Virus record (IMG/VR): IMGVR_UViG_3300042514_001345
Length of the DNA stretch: 64,000 nt
From: a virus
Taxonomy: Duplodnaviria; Heunggongvirae; Uroviricota; Caudoviricetes
Reading direction: 5' to 3' (one strand)
The notes beneath the pieces are model-generated. The model saw nothing but the letters and a program-made list of their open reading frames with translations, searched no databases and was not told where the DNA came from. A program made the position numbers and the translations under genes. Positions 17,634 through 27,211 of the stretch are shown here, one piece after another. The stretch's first letter is position 1; every line of letters begins with the position of its first letter.

Positions 17634-18035
17634 ATGTATCTACTCTATATTAATGAACTAGGTCAAGATTACAAAGGGCAAAGACAATATGAATTTATCT
17701 TTGGCGAAGACCCAAGTGTGTTAGTTGAAGAGTGGTTCATAATTCCATCAGCAGGTAGAGCAATACCTCCAGAAGTAGAATCAATCGATTTGGTTGGTTT
17801 ATTAAAAAATTCAGATTTAAAACTAGATTTAGTTCAAAATTCTGATTACTTTGGAGTGATTGACGCGGTTGATGGAATTATTGCTTTAGGATGGGAATCA
17901 TTTGATTTTGAATCGGAAGAAAGACCTGTTAGGGTTTCTTTTCATTTTGGTGAACAAATTGATTCTGTAACTAATAAGCTAGCGTCAAAGGGTTTAAGGT
18001 TGATAAACGAAGAAATAAAATACAAATTAAAGTAA
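17634..18035 (+). CDS. hypothetical protein
   Basis: 133-aa ORF tightly packed in the plus-strand operon. Confidence 0.4.
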   Translation: MYLLYINELGQDYKGQRQYEFIFGEDPSVLVEEWFIIPSAGRAIPPEVESIDLVGLLKNSDLKLDLVQNSDYFGVIDAVDGIIALGWESFDFESEERPVRVSFHFGEQIDSVTNKLASKGLRLINEEIKYKLK

Positions 18036-18036
18036 A

Positions 18037-18732
18037 ATGAATAGAAAAGATTTAGTTGAAAAACTTATTAACGAAGGATTTAGTGAGAAAACATTAGTTA
18101 GTTTTAGTGACAAGAAACTTAAAATGTTATCAGAAAAATTAACAGTTAGCGCTGAAAAATTAAAAGACCCAAAAATTAAATCTGTTATTGATGCTAATCC
18201 AGCTATGGATATTGAAGTTAACGAAACTGCTCCATGGTCATATTATTTTGCAGCTGTTAAAAGATTACAAAAAGAATTAGGTAAAGAGCCAACTAAAAGC
18301 CAGATTGATGCTGAAATGAAAAAATTAGCAAAACCAGTGGCAAAAAAAGACGATAAAAAATCTGAAATGAATGAGTGGGTTAATTCTTTAGTTGAAAATG
18401 GATATCATCCTTTAACAACTAAAGGTGATATGATAGAAACAATAACTAAAAAAATTAACGAATCAGGTAATGCACCTGCAACAAAGCCAGCGCCAAGAGA
18501 AGCACCGGTAAAGGACCCTGGAACAAAAGAACCACCTAAAAGAAGAGATGATCCTAGAAGAACACCTTTTAGAAATCCAAATGAAAATCCTAAGGTGAAT
18601 CCAAATCCAAAAGCAGAAACTGGTAAAGTTGTTCCAATGCCTAACAAAGCAAAAAAGGGACACAATGGAATACCAGAATTTATGACTTATGACGCAATAA
18701 CTGGAAACAAATTTAAAATGGCTGCGGAGTAA
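18037..18732 (+). CDS. hypothetical protein with a basic Pro/Lys-rich C-terminus
   Basis: 231-aa ORF. Confidence 0.4.
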   Translation: MNRKDLVEKLINEGFSEKTLVSFSDKKLKMLSEKLTVSAEKLKDPKIKSVIDANPAMDIEVNETAPWSYYFAAVKRLQKELGKEPTKSQIDAEMKKLAKPVAKKDDKKSEMNEWVNSLVENGYHPLTTKGDMIETITKKINESGNAPATKPAPREAPVKDPGTKEPPKRRDDPRRTPFRNPNENPKVNPNPKAETGKVVPMPNKAKKGHNGIPEFMTYDAITGNKFKMAAE

Positions 18733-18740
18733 TTAAACAT

Positions 18741-20054
18741 ATGAAACTAACTAAAAAATCATTACTATTGGCATTAAAAGAAAATCTTACTGAAATGCCA
18801 ATGACATTTGACACAGACGATAGACCGGCCGACGACGTTACTCGTGACCTAGCTAATCGTGAAACAAATCTTAAGAAAGTCCCTTTACCTAAAGATGTTG
18901 AAGCACCAAACTCGAATTTTGAGGAGATGTTAGCATCTGCTAGATATAAACAAATAGTCGCAAATCTTAGTAGATATGCGGGGATTAATGCTGGAACGGG
19001 TGAACGTAATCTTCATCGAATTATGGGTTTGATGACACAAACTCAAGCGCAAATAGCACAAATTGAGAGTACACATAAACCAGAATTAGAAAGATTGGCG
19101 GTAGAACTAGCAATGGGTCAATTAGGCGTTATTGAAGGTGATATTGAATATGACGCTAAAATAACATCTGGAATGAGTGGTGTTGACCCTGAGGGTTTTA
19201 AAAAGACACCAAGCAATGAACCAAACATTGAAGAAGTTGAAATTGAAACTGAATTATTTGATGAATTATCACATTTAAATTTAGAAAGAGCGAAAAGAAG
19301 ATTAATCAACGCAATGATGCAAGGTGCTTCTGAAAGAGGTCATTACATGTATCATTTGGTTGAGGAAAGAATTAGAGAAATAACTGGATCAGACCGTTTA
19401 TTATCGTTATACGGGATTGTTATGTCAACTGCTGACACAATGTATTGGCAGATGTCAAATAATACCTTACAAATGCTTACAGGCGGTAGTGATGGTGAAC
19501 CACAAGCGGGTGGTAAAGAATCTGTTGATTTAAATTCAAACCCACCAAAGGTTACCGCTAGAGCAATAAATTTTCCAATATTAGTTCACGAATTGGTGAA
19601 AGGTACAATGGAAGTTGTTGCAGGTCTTTATGGTCAACCTGAAGATGCAGATGCTGCTGAAAAGGTACGTGATTTAGAAGACACTGTGGATAAAGAAATT
19701 TGGGATTTAAGATTAGGACCAGCAATATGGGACATTATGCGTTCGCAATTCCCTGAAGATGTTTTAACAGATGAAGATAAAGTTGGGTTACAATTAGTTT
19801 TATTTCAACATATTGTTAAAAAACCAGCTAGAGAATTTTTAATTTTTATGAAAGAGGTTATTTCTGGAAGTGAAAATGGTAAAAGGTTAATGAGTCAATT
19901 AATGGATGGTATTAATCAAATGGTTAATGACTACGATTACGAAGAAGCTATGTCCGCTTTTGACGAGGATTTAAGTGACACATCTGAAGGTATAGATGAT
20001 GACGATTTAGATGACTGGTTAGGGTCCATAGGGATCACTAGAAGTGATGACTAA
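18741..20054 (+). CDS. hypothetical protein with an acidic C-terminus
   Basis: 437-aa ORF followed by a strong terminator hairpin. Confidence 0.45.
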   Translation: MKLTKKSLLLALKENLTEMPMTFDTDDRPADDVTRDLANRETNLKKVPLPKDVEAPNSNFEEMLASARYKQIVANLSRYAGINAGTGERNLHRIMGLMTQTQAQIAQIESTHKPELERLAVELAMGQLGVIEGDIEYDAKITSGMSGVDPEGFKKTPSNEPNIEEVEIETELFDELSHLNLERAKRRLINAMMQGASERGHYMYHLVEERIREITGSDRLLSLYGIVMSTADTMYWQMSNNTLQMLTGGSDGEPQAGGKESVDLNSNPPKVTARAINFPILVHELVKGTMEVVAGLYGQPEDADAAEKVRDLEDTVDKEIWDLRLGPAIWDIMRSQFPEDVLTDEDKVGLQLVLFQHIVKKPAREFLIFMKEVISGSENGKRLMSQLMDGINQMVNDYDYEEAMSAFDEDLSDTSEGIDDDDLDDWLGSIGITRSDD

Positions 20055-20061
20055 AAATAAT

Positions 20062-20087
20062 AAAAAGGTGGTTATCCACCTTTTTTT
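20062..20087 (+). terminator. rho-independent terminator
   Basis: Stem AGGTGG / CCACCT with loop TTAT, followed by T7. Confidence 0.6.
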
Positions 20088-20088
20088 G

Positions 20089-20096
20089 TATTTATA
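20089..20096 (+). promoter_or_regulatory. TATTTATA upstream motif
   Basis: 3 nt upstream of the terminase ATG and just after the terminator. Confidence 0.4.
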
Positions 20097-20099
20097 CAT

Positions 20100-21878
20100 A
20101 TGAATAATAAATTAGAACAATTAAAAGAATATGCTAAAATTATTAAAGATGCTCCGTATGCTTTAAAAACATACTTAACAACTTATGATAATACGCAAAA
20201 GAAATATGTTCCTCTAGAATTATTTCCTGACCAAATTCAATTAATACAGGATTACGAAACATACAACGAAAACATTACAAGAAAGTATAGACAGGCGGGT
20301 GTTACAACAGTAACCGCTGCGTGGATTTCAAAAAAATTACAGACAGCAAAAGAAAGTGAACCTGAAAGAGTTCTTCTTATTGCGAACAAAAGAGACACCG
20401 CGGTAGAAATGGCTAATAAAGTTAGACACTTTATTGAGCAATGGCCGGATTGGATAAATGTGGGATTTTCACCCGATAAGAACTCAGAAAGTAGATTTAG
20501 ATTAAACAATGGTTGTGAGGTTAAGGCGGTAGCTACATCTGCGGATGCGTTACGTGGATATACCCCAACCATACTTGTATTTGATGAGGCAGCATATATT
20601 GAAGCAGGTGACGATTTTTGGGCGGCATCTATGGCGTCCCTATCAACAGGTGGTAAGATTATTCTTATCTCCACACCAAATGGTTATGACCCCATCTATT
20701 ATGGTGTTTATGACCAAGCATTACGTGGAATTAATGATTTCCATATAACGGATTTAAGATGGTTTAAAGACCCGCGTTACACTAGAGACCTATGTTGGGT
20801 AAAATGTCCTGATATATGCCATTACATGTTAAATAGGGAGCAATATAACGACGATGAAGTTGTTTTACATGACTTTGATATTGAAAAATATCAAGAACTC
20901 GTTGAACAAGGATATAAACCATTTTCATCTTGGTTTGAATCTATGTCTAAGAAATTTAAATATGATAGACGTAAGATTGCGCAGGAATTAGAATGTGACT
21001 TCTTAGGTTCAGGAGATGGTGTTATTTCGGGAGATGTTCAAGAGAATATTGCAAAAAATATGATTAAAGTACCTAAAGAAAAATACATGCAAGGTACTTT
21101 TTGGATATGGAATGAACCAGTACAAGGTCATAGATATATTATGGGCGTGGACGTTAGTAGAGGTGATAGTGATGACTATTCAGCTATTAGCATTATTGAC
21201 TTTGATGAAAGGGAACAAGTTGCTGAATATGTTGGTAAAATGCCACCAGATGATTTAGCGGCAGTTGCATATAAATGGGGTATATTATACGAAGCGTTTA
21301 TAGTTGTCGATATTACTGGTGGTATGGGCGTGGCTACATCAAGAAAATTACAGGAATTAAATTATAAGAGTTTATTCATTGACGGAGTTAACACAATGAA
21401 TCCATGGGAATATAATAAAAAAGCCATGGAAAAAATACCGGGAATAAACTTCAATAATAAAAGAACCCAGATTGTAGCCGCATTTGAGGAGCAATTAAGG
21501 AAAGGTTTTGCTATCAGGTCAAATAGATTATTAAACGAATTAAACACCTTTGTGTATATTAATGGTAGACCAGACCACATGAAGGGCGCTCACGATGATG
21601 CTATTATGAGCATGAGTATCGCATTATATGCTGGGGATATATGTTTCACACAACTTAAACGAAATGAACAGCAATCAAAAGCTATGGTTGATTCTTGGAT
21701 GATTGCGGAAAGAACATATGAAACTGGTAAGAATTTTTATTCATATGGAACATCCCTAGATGCAATCGGTTCAATGCAAATGGATGGTTCACAATATAAT
21801 AATACACAATCACAACCTGCAAAACAACAATACCAAGAATATGGCTGGTTATTTGGGGCTAATAAAAAGCATTTATAA
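20100..21878 (+). CDS. terminase large subunit (T4 gp17-like)
   Basis: 592 aa with a Walker B-like ILVFDEAAYI. It lies immediately upstream of the portal gene. Confidence 0.85.
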   Translation: MNNKLEQLKEYAKIIKDAPYALKTYLTTYDNTQKKYVPLELFPDQIQLIQDYETYNENITRKYRQAGVTTVTAAWISKKLQTAKESEPERVLLIANKRDTAVEMANKVRHFIEQWPDWINVGFSPDKNSESRFRLNNGCEVKAVATSADALRGYTPTILVFDEAAYIEAGDDFWAASMASLSTGGKIILISTPNGYDPIYYGVYDQALRGINDFHITDLRWFKDPRYTRDLCWVKCPDICHYMLNREQYNDDEVVLHDFDIEKYQELVEQGYKPFSSWFESMSKKFKYDRRKIAQELECDFLGSGDGVISGDVQENIAKNMIKVPKEKYMQGTFWIWNEPVQGHRYIMGVDVSRGDSDDYSAISIIDFDEREQVAEYVGKMPPDDLAAVAYKWGILYEAFIVVDITGGMGVATSRKLQELNYKSLFIDGVNTMNPWEYNKKAMEKIPGINFNNKRTQIVAAFEEQLRKGFAIRSNRLLNELNTFVYINGRPDHMKGAHDDAIMSMSIALYAGDICFTQLKRNEQQSKAMVDSWMIAERTYETGKNFYSYGTSLDAIGSMQMDGSQYNNTQSQPAKQQYQEYGWLFGANKKHL

Positions 21879-21913
21879 TCTGTCGGTTTTTGTGTACATT
21901 AAGAAAGAAAAAG

Positions 21914-21921
21914 TATTTATA
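21914..21921 (+). promoter_or_regulatory. TATTTATA upstream motif
   Basis: 5 nt upstream of the portal ATG, in the context gTATTTATAtag. Confidence 0.4.
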
Positions 21922-21926
21922 TAGAT

Positions 21927-23738
21927 ATGGCAGACCAAAATTTAACAATATTTCAAAGATTAACCAAAATCTTTGGCTATCAGGGACAAACACCACAACC
22001 GCCATCGTTTAATTTTTCTAAGGAAGAACTCCTTACGACTAGTGACCCGATGGAATATGAGCGTGAAAGATTGAAACTACAACAAAGCCAATATCTTTTT
22101 GATAAATGGGCTAAGGTTGATAATTCAATGTACAATCAATCGGTTTATTATGAGCCAAATAGAATAGCTGCATATTATGATTTTGAATCAATGGAGTTTA
22201 CACCAGAGGTATCAGCAGCATTAGACATTTATGCTGAGGAATCAACTACAATGTCTGAAAAAGGATTTATTTTAAACGTTTATTCAGAATCAAAAAGAGT
22301 TAAGAACATTTTAATTGATTTGTTTGAAAACAAATTAGATATCAACACAAATTTACAAATGTGGGCTAGAGGTATGTGTAAGTACGGTGATGATTTTGTT
22401 TATTTAAAAGTTGATCCAGAAAAAGGAATTATCGGTTGTCAACAATTGCCAAATATTGAAATAGAAAGAGTTGAAGGTTCTTTAGGTTTAACACCATCAC
22501 AAAGAGATAGCAAATTACCGACTAAAGAATTAATGTTTAGATGGAAAAATCGTGACATGGAATTCCAAGCATGGGAAATTGCTCACTTTAGAATTTTAGG
22601 TGATGATAGAAAACTACCTTATGGGACATCTATGTTGGATAAAATTAGAAGAATCTGGAAACAATTATTACTTGCGGAAGATGCTATGTTAATTTATAGA
22701 ACATCTAGAGCCCCTGAAAGAAGGGTATTCAAGGTGTTCGTTGGTAATATGGACGACAAAGATATTGAACCATATGTACAACGTGTTGCTAATAAATTCA
22801 AGAGAGACCAATCAGTAGATGCTAGAAACGGTCAAGTGGATATGAGATATAATCAAATGGCTGTTGACCAAGATTATTTCATACCAGTACGTGACCCAGC
22901 AGCACCAAACCCAATTGATACACTACCTGGAGCACAGAATTTAGGTGAGATAGCGGATATTGAATATATTCAAAAGAAATTATTAGCGGCTCTTAGAATA
23001 CCTAAAGCGTTTTTAGGTTTTGAAGAAGTTGTTGGTGATGGTAAGAATCTTGCATTAATGGATATTCGTTTTGCAAGAACTATTAATAGAATTCAAAAAT
23101 CATTAATTCAAGAATTAAACAAGGTTGCGTTAATTCATCTATACATGTTAGGTTTAGAAGATGAATTAAATAACTTTACATTAGGTTTATCAAATCCATC
23201 TGCACAATCAGATTTATTACGTATTGAACAATGGAAAGAAAAAGTCACACTTTACAAAGATGCGACATCTGATCAATCTCAAGTTGGTATTTTACCAGTT
23301 TCACATACATGGGCTAAGAAAAATATTCTTGGATTTAGTGACAATGAAGTTCTTCTTGATTTACAACAACAACGTCTTGAAAGAGCGATGGGCTTTGAAT
23401 TAACAAACACACAGACCGTAATTAAACGTTCTGGAATATTTGATGAGGTTGATGCTAAGTACGGTATCTCAGAAGATGAAAGGCAAGCAGCAGAGGCGGC
23501 TACCGCCGCTGAAGGTGGTGGTGAAGCGCCTGAATTGGGCGGAGCAATGGGTGCACCACCTGCACCATCAGGACCGCCATCAGGTGGTGGTGAGGAACCT
23601 TTAAGTGAAGGTAAAAAAGCTAAACTTATCTCATCTTTAGGCGGTGGAGATAAATTAGAAGATTTATTTAATATGGAAAAGGCACAAAGGAATATTTATG
23701 AAATGGAGAATAAATTAAAAGATATTTTAAACGATTAA
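21927..23738 (+). CDS. portal protein (gp20-like)
   Basis: 603 aa. Position in the order terminase, portal, protease, scaffold, capsid protein supports the call. Confidence 0.7.
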   Translation: MADQNLTIFQRLTKIFGYQGQTPQPPSFNFSKEELLTTSDPMEYERERLKLQQSQYLFDKWAKVDNSMYNQSVYYEPNRIAAYYDFESMEFTPEVSAALDIYAEESTTMSEKGFILNVYSESKRVKNILIDLFENKLDINTNLQMWARGMCKYGDDFVYLKVDPEKGIIGCQQLPNIEIERVEGSLGLTPSQRDSKLPTKELMFRWKNRDMEFQAWEIAHFRILGDDRKLPYGTSMLDKIRRIWKQLLLAEDAMLIYRTSRAPERRVFKVFVGNMDDKDIEPYVQRVANKFKRDQSVDARNGQVDMRYNQMAVDQDYFIPVRDPAAPNPIDTLPGAQNLGEIADIEYIQKKLLAALRIPKAFLGFEEVVGDGKNLALMDIRFARTINRIQKSLIQELNKVALIHLYMLGLEDELNNFTLGLSNPSAQSDLLRIEQWKEKVTLYKDATSDQSQVGILPVSHTWAKKNILGFSDNEVLLDLQQQRLERAMGFELTNTQTVIKRSGIFDEVDAKYGISEDERQAAEAATAAEGGGEAPELGGAMGAPPAPSGPPSGGGEEPLSEGKKAKLISSLGGGDKLEDLFNMEKAQRNIYEMENKLKDILND

Positions 23739-23740
23739 AA

Positions 23741-24487
23741 ATGAACAACTTTGGAAAAATAAAGTCGAAGTTATTGAAAAAATTAACTGAGGCGTACACA
23801 GATAAAACTTTTAAACAAAATACAAAAAACTTGTTTAAGGTGATTAAGAAGAATAGAGATTTCAAAGAAATGTATCTATTTTATGAAGAAATAGAGAACA
23901 AGTATTTTGAGGATAAAGAAACCGCTAAACTTTATGTTGAACAACTTGGTCAATTATTAAAGGAAAAGGCAACGAAAATTAATAGCTTTTGTCAAGTTAT
24001 CAACATGTCGGTTCATGACACGCAAATAGATGAAAACAAACTTTACGATTCAATTGATCAGTTATTAGAAGATGATAACTTAAATAATATTGATAAGAAA
24101 GTTATGGCTAAAAAGAAGTTGGTAGAACATTTAACAACAAAAAAAGAAAATATTGAGAAAACAACCGAAACTTACACAGTAAATGAAAATTTATTACATG
24201 CTGTTTTGGCAAACAATTTTAACGTTCTTTATAATAACACATTAAATGAAGAGCAAAAAGAAACCTTAAAAACAATTATATCACTTTCTGATGAAGATTT
24301 AAAAACAAAGGTTAACGAATTAAAAGAAAGTTTAACCACTAAAGTAGATACCCTCTTAAGTGAAGCAAAATCTAACGACGCAACATTTGCAACAAAATTA
24401 ACGGATGTTAAAAAAGAAATGGACGAAATGGTCCCGACGAAATTTAACTACTATCGTTTAAAACAATTAGAAAATGGTCTGGATTAA
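23741..24487 (+). CDS. K/E-rich coiled-coil protein (prohead core gp67/68-like?)
   Basis: Position between portal and prohead protease, matching T4. Confidence 0.35.
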   Translation: MNNFGKIKSKLLKKLTEAYTDKTFKQNTKNLFKVIKKNRDFKEMYLFYEEIENKYFEDKETAKLYVEQLGQLLKEKATKINSFCQVINMSVHDTQIDENKLYDSIDQLLEDDNLNNIDKKVMAKKKLVEHLTTKKENIEKTTETYTVNENLLHAVLANNFNVLYNNTLNEEQKETLKTIISLSDEDLKTKVNELKESLTTKVDTLLSEAKSNDATFATKLTDVKKEMDEMVPTKFNYYRLKQLENGLD

Positions 24488-24504
24488 TCTAGACCATTTT
24501 TTTT
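24475..24504. terminator. bidirectional terminator hairpin
   Basis: Stem TGGTCTGGA / TCTAGACCA with loop TTAA and a T8 run, lying between convergent genes. Confidence 0.55.
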
Positions 24505-24675
24505 CTGTTGAAGGTATATCGCTTTCAATACTTCCTTCCTTCTACTTACTGAAGGTTTAACAAATTCTTGTCTTTCTCTTAATTTTTGTATTTGCTTGGT
24601 CTTTTGAACCTTACTTTTATACGTTCTAAGAGCAGATTCGAGATTTCTTTCCTTACTTAAATCAATTATAATCAT
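24484..24675 (-). CDS. rpsU: ribosomal protein bS21
   Basis: MIIIDLSKERNLESALRTYKSKVQKTKQIQKLRERQEFVKPSVSRRKE follows the S21 pattern (M.vI.V...E....ALRrFKr.......l.E.RrR..yeKPs..Rkr). Confidence 0.7.
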   Translation of the reverse strand: MIIIDLSKERNLESALRTYKSKVQKTKQIQKLRERQEFVKPSVSRRKEVLKAIYLQQKKNGLD

Positions 24676-24779
24676 ATATAAATAAATATATCACAAAATT
24701 ACCGTTTTTTTGGAATTTCAAAAAAAATTAGTTAAATTAGTTACTAACACCATAAAATGACAATAACATGAAAAGATAA

Positions 24780-25208
24780 ATGAAATTTGGTAAGTATATT
24801 CAGTTAGGCGAATATGAAAAAATTAAAATTGGCTACGGAACTGTTGACTTTAGAACATTAAAAACAGTATACATAAAATTAAACGCTTGGGTTAAACCAA
24901 CAAATGAATCTGACGATTTCGATAGAACTATATTAAGAAGTAGAAAGAAAATTAAAGATACAATTAGAGAATTTAATTTAAATAACTTTTTTAAGACAGA
25001 AAGTATTGTAGATTTAGACATTAGAACCAAGGGAATTAAATTGGATAAGAAATCATTCATGAACCTTGAAATCACATTATACGCTGAAAAACAATTTGAC
25101 ATAAAGAACAAAGAGGTTACTTTTATGCTCGAAAATCTAGTAAAAAAACTAGTTGACAATTGTTTAATCGATAAAACCTTATTTAATTTTAGTAAAACCA
25201 AGTTTTGA
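24780..25208 (+). CDS. hypothetical protein
   Basis: 142-aa ORF within the head module. Confidence 0.4.
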   Translation: MKFGKYIQLGEYEKIKIGYGTVDFRTLKTVYIKLNAWVKPTNESDDFDRTILRSRKKIKDTIREFNLNNFFKTESIVDLDIRTKGIKLDKKSFMNLEITLYAEKQFDIKNKEVTFMLENLVKKLVDNCLIDKTLFNFSKTKF

Positions 25209-25222
25209 ACTTAATTATGTGA

Positions 25223-25230
25223 TATTTATA
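25223..25230 (+). promoter_or_regulatory. TATTTATA upstream motif
   Basis: 17 nt upstream of the gp21-like protease ATG. Confidence 0.4.
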
Positions 25231-25247
25231 GAATAAAAAATCTATAA

Positions 25248-25931
25248 ATGAAGATATTAGGTCCAAACGAAATAGGTAAGGGAATTTTAATAGAATACGA
25301 CGCTGGACACATTTCTCCTAGTGAAAACAGAGCAGTGTTAAAAGAAATGGAGAATAAAGATACCAATCAGGACTTTATTCTCTATGCCGTTTTACAAAAA
25401 TACGATACACCAAACAAGAACGGTAGAATATACCCACAGGCACTCTTAAAAAGAGAAAACGAAAAATATCAACAAGCTATTAATAGCGGTTCGGCATTAA
25501 ACGAACTAAATCACCCATCATCATCACTTATTGACTTAGACAGGGTATCCCACAGTATTTTAGAAACTTGGTGGGATAGTAAAATCCTTATGGGTAAAAT
25601 TAAACTATTCACATCTCCGGGTTGGAAAAAGATGGGTATTGTGTCAACTAAAGGTGACCAAGCAGCTATGCTTTTATTAAATGGAGCAACTCTAGGTATA
25701 TCATCTAGAGGGGTTGGTTCATTAAAGAATGAAAGAGGTCAAAACATTGTTCAAGATGACTTTGAATTAGTATGTTTCGACTTAGTTTCATCACCATCAA
25801 CACCAGGCGCATACATCTTCCAAGATTTATCTGATAAAGACAAATATCAAGAATCTGTTGAAGAAAAGCCAATTGTTGATGATAGAATGAAAAAACTAAT
25901 GGGAAACCTTAATAGTTTTTTAAGTAAATAA
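25248..25931 (+). CDS. prohead core protease (T4 gp21-like)
   Basis: NKNGRIYPQALL, ALNELNHPSSS, ILETWWDSKILMGKIKL and GISSRGVGSL align with T4 gp21 NRNKRLYPKRIL, ALGELNHPPRA, IEDMWWKGNDVYGRARV and GVSSRGLGSL. Confidence 0.85.
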   Translation: MKILGPNEIGKGILIEYDAGHISPSENRAVLKEMENKDTNQDFILYAVLQKYDTPNKNGRIYPQALLKRENEKYQQAINSGSALNELNHPSSSLIDLDRVSHSILETWWDSKILMGKIKLFTSPGWKKMGIVSTKGDQAAMLLLNGATLGISSRGVGSLKNERGQNIVQDDFELVCFDLVSSPSTPGAYIFQDLSDKDKYQESVEEKPIVDDRMKKLMGNLNSFLSK

Positions 25932-25984
25932 CAATTTTTATTAGGATTATACGATTAAAAACTAACTTTTTTTAAAAACACTAC

Positions 25985-25992
25985 TATTTATA
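25985..25992 (+). promoter_or_regulatory. TATTTATA upstream motif
   Basis: 20 nt upstream of the scaffold ATG, in the context cTATTTATAtag. Confidence 0.4.
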
Positions 25993-26012
25993 TAGTAAAT
26001 TAATCATTACAA

Positions 26013-27179
26013 ATGACTGAAAAATCAATTTTAGAACAAGCGTTACTTCAAGTGCAAACACTTGAGGAAGCAGTAAAGCAAAATGCAAAAGGTATCCTTG
26101 CGTCAACAATGAAACAAGAACTAAACGATTTGCTTAAAGAATCTATGGAAGATGAGGAGATCAAGTTAACTGCTGAACAAGCAGATGATGAAGACGCTCC
26201 TGAAGATGAAGAAGATGTTACCGACCCAGAAGCAGATGCTGAAGGTGAGGGAGATGACGAATTACCAGCAATAAACGATGAACCATCTAAAGACATTGAT
26301 GGTGAAGATTTATCTGATCCTGATGATGAAGAAGGATTTGGTGATGAATTACCAGCAATCGATGACGAGATGCCAACTGATGACAATGACATGTTAGACA
26401 TGACTGGTGCTTCTGATGAAGAAGTATTAAAAGTGTTTAAAGCAATGTCTGACGAAGATGGTATTATTGTTAAAAAAGATGGTGACAACATTAGTTTAGA
26501 AGATGGTGAAGATGAATATATCATCAAATTAAACGAAGAAGATGAATCTGAAGAAGAATTTTCTGAAGGTTATAACGAAGAAGAAGACGCGCCAATGGCG
26601 GGTGACGAAGAATTAGGTGAAGAAGAAGAAACTGTTTATGAAATCGAATTAGACGGTGAAAACGATGACGAAGAAGTTATGTCAACATCAAAAGAAGTTG
26701 AAGCGACTGAATCTGCTCGTAACATCGGACACGGTTATCATAGTGGAATTAAAAGTAAAAAATTACATTTCGCTGGTAACAAAAGAGAAGCAGTAAACGA
26801 AGAAGTTACAACGTTAAAAAAGCAAAATGCTGAATATAAAAAGGCGTTATTACTATTTAAAGATAAACTTAACGAGGTTGCTGTATTCAATGCAAATTTA
26901 GCTTACGCTACAAGATTGTTTACTGAGCACTCAACAACAAAAACTGAGAAGTTGGATATTTTGAAAAGATTTGACACAATTTCTACTATAAATGAATCAA
27001 AAAATCTTTACAATTCAATCAAAACTGAACTTGGATCTAAAAAATCTGTAACTGAGTCAGTTGTTGAAAAAATTGCATCAACACCTTCAACATCTTCAAC
27101 TGAAGTACTTTCTGAATCAAAAGTTTACGAAGCACCTCAATTTGCAAGAATGAAAGATTTGATGAAAAAATTAAAATAA
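26013..27179 (+). CDS. acidic scaffold protein (gp22-like)
   Basis: D/E-rich coiled-coil protein lying between the protease and capsid genes. Confidence 0.5.
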   Translation: MTEKSILEQALLQVQTLEEAVKQNAKGILASTMKQELNDLLKESMEDEEIKLTAEQADDEDAPEDEEDVTDPEADAEGEGDDELPAINDEPSKDIDGEDLSDPDDEEGFGDELPAIDDEMPTDDNDMLDMTGASDEEVLKVFKAMSDEDGIIVKKDGDNISLEDGEDEYIIKLNEEDESEEEFSEGYNEEEDAPMAGDEELGEEEETVYEIELDGENDDEEVMSTSKEVEATESARNIGHGYHSGIKSKKLHFAGNKREAVNEEVTTLKKQNAEYKKALLLFKDKLNEVAVFNANLAYATRLFTEHSTTKTEKLDILKRFDTISTINESKNLYNSIKTELGSKKSVTESVVEKIASTPSTSSTEVLSESKVYEAPQFARMKDLMKKLK

Positions 27180-27211
27180 TAAATAAAAAATTAAAAAACA
27201 AAAATTTTAAA

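Noticed and set aside
26048-26527. 159-aa minus-strand ORF inside the scaffold gene
   Set aside because: It is the antisense frame of D/E-rich GAA/GAT-rich DNA. The scaffold reading frame is supported by synteny with the gp21-gp22-gp23 order.
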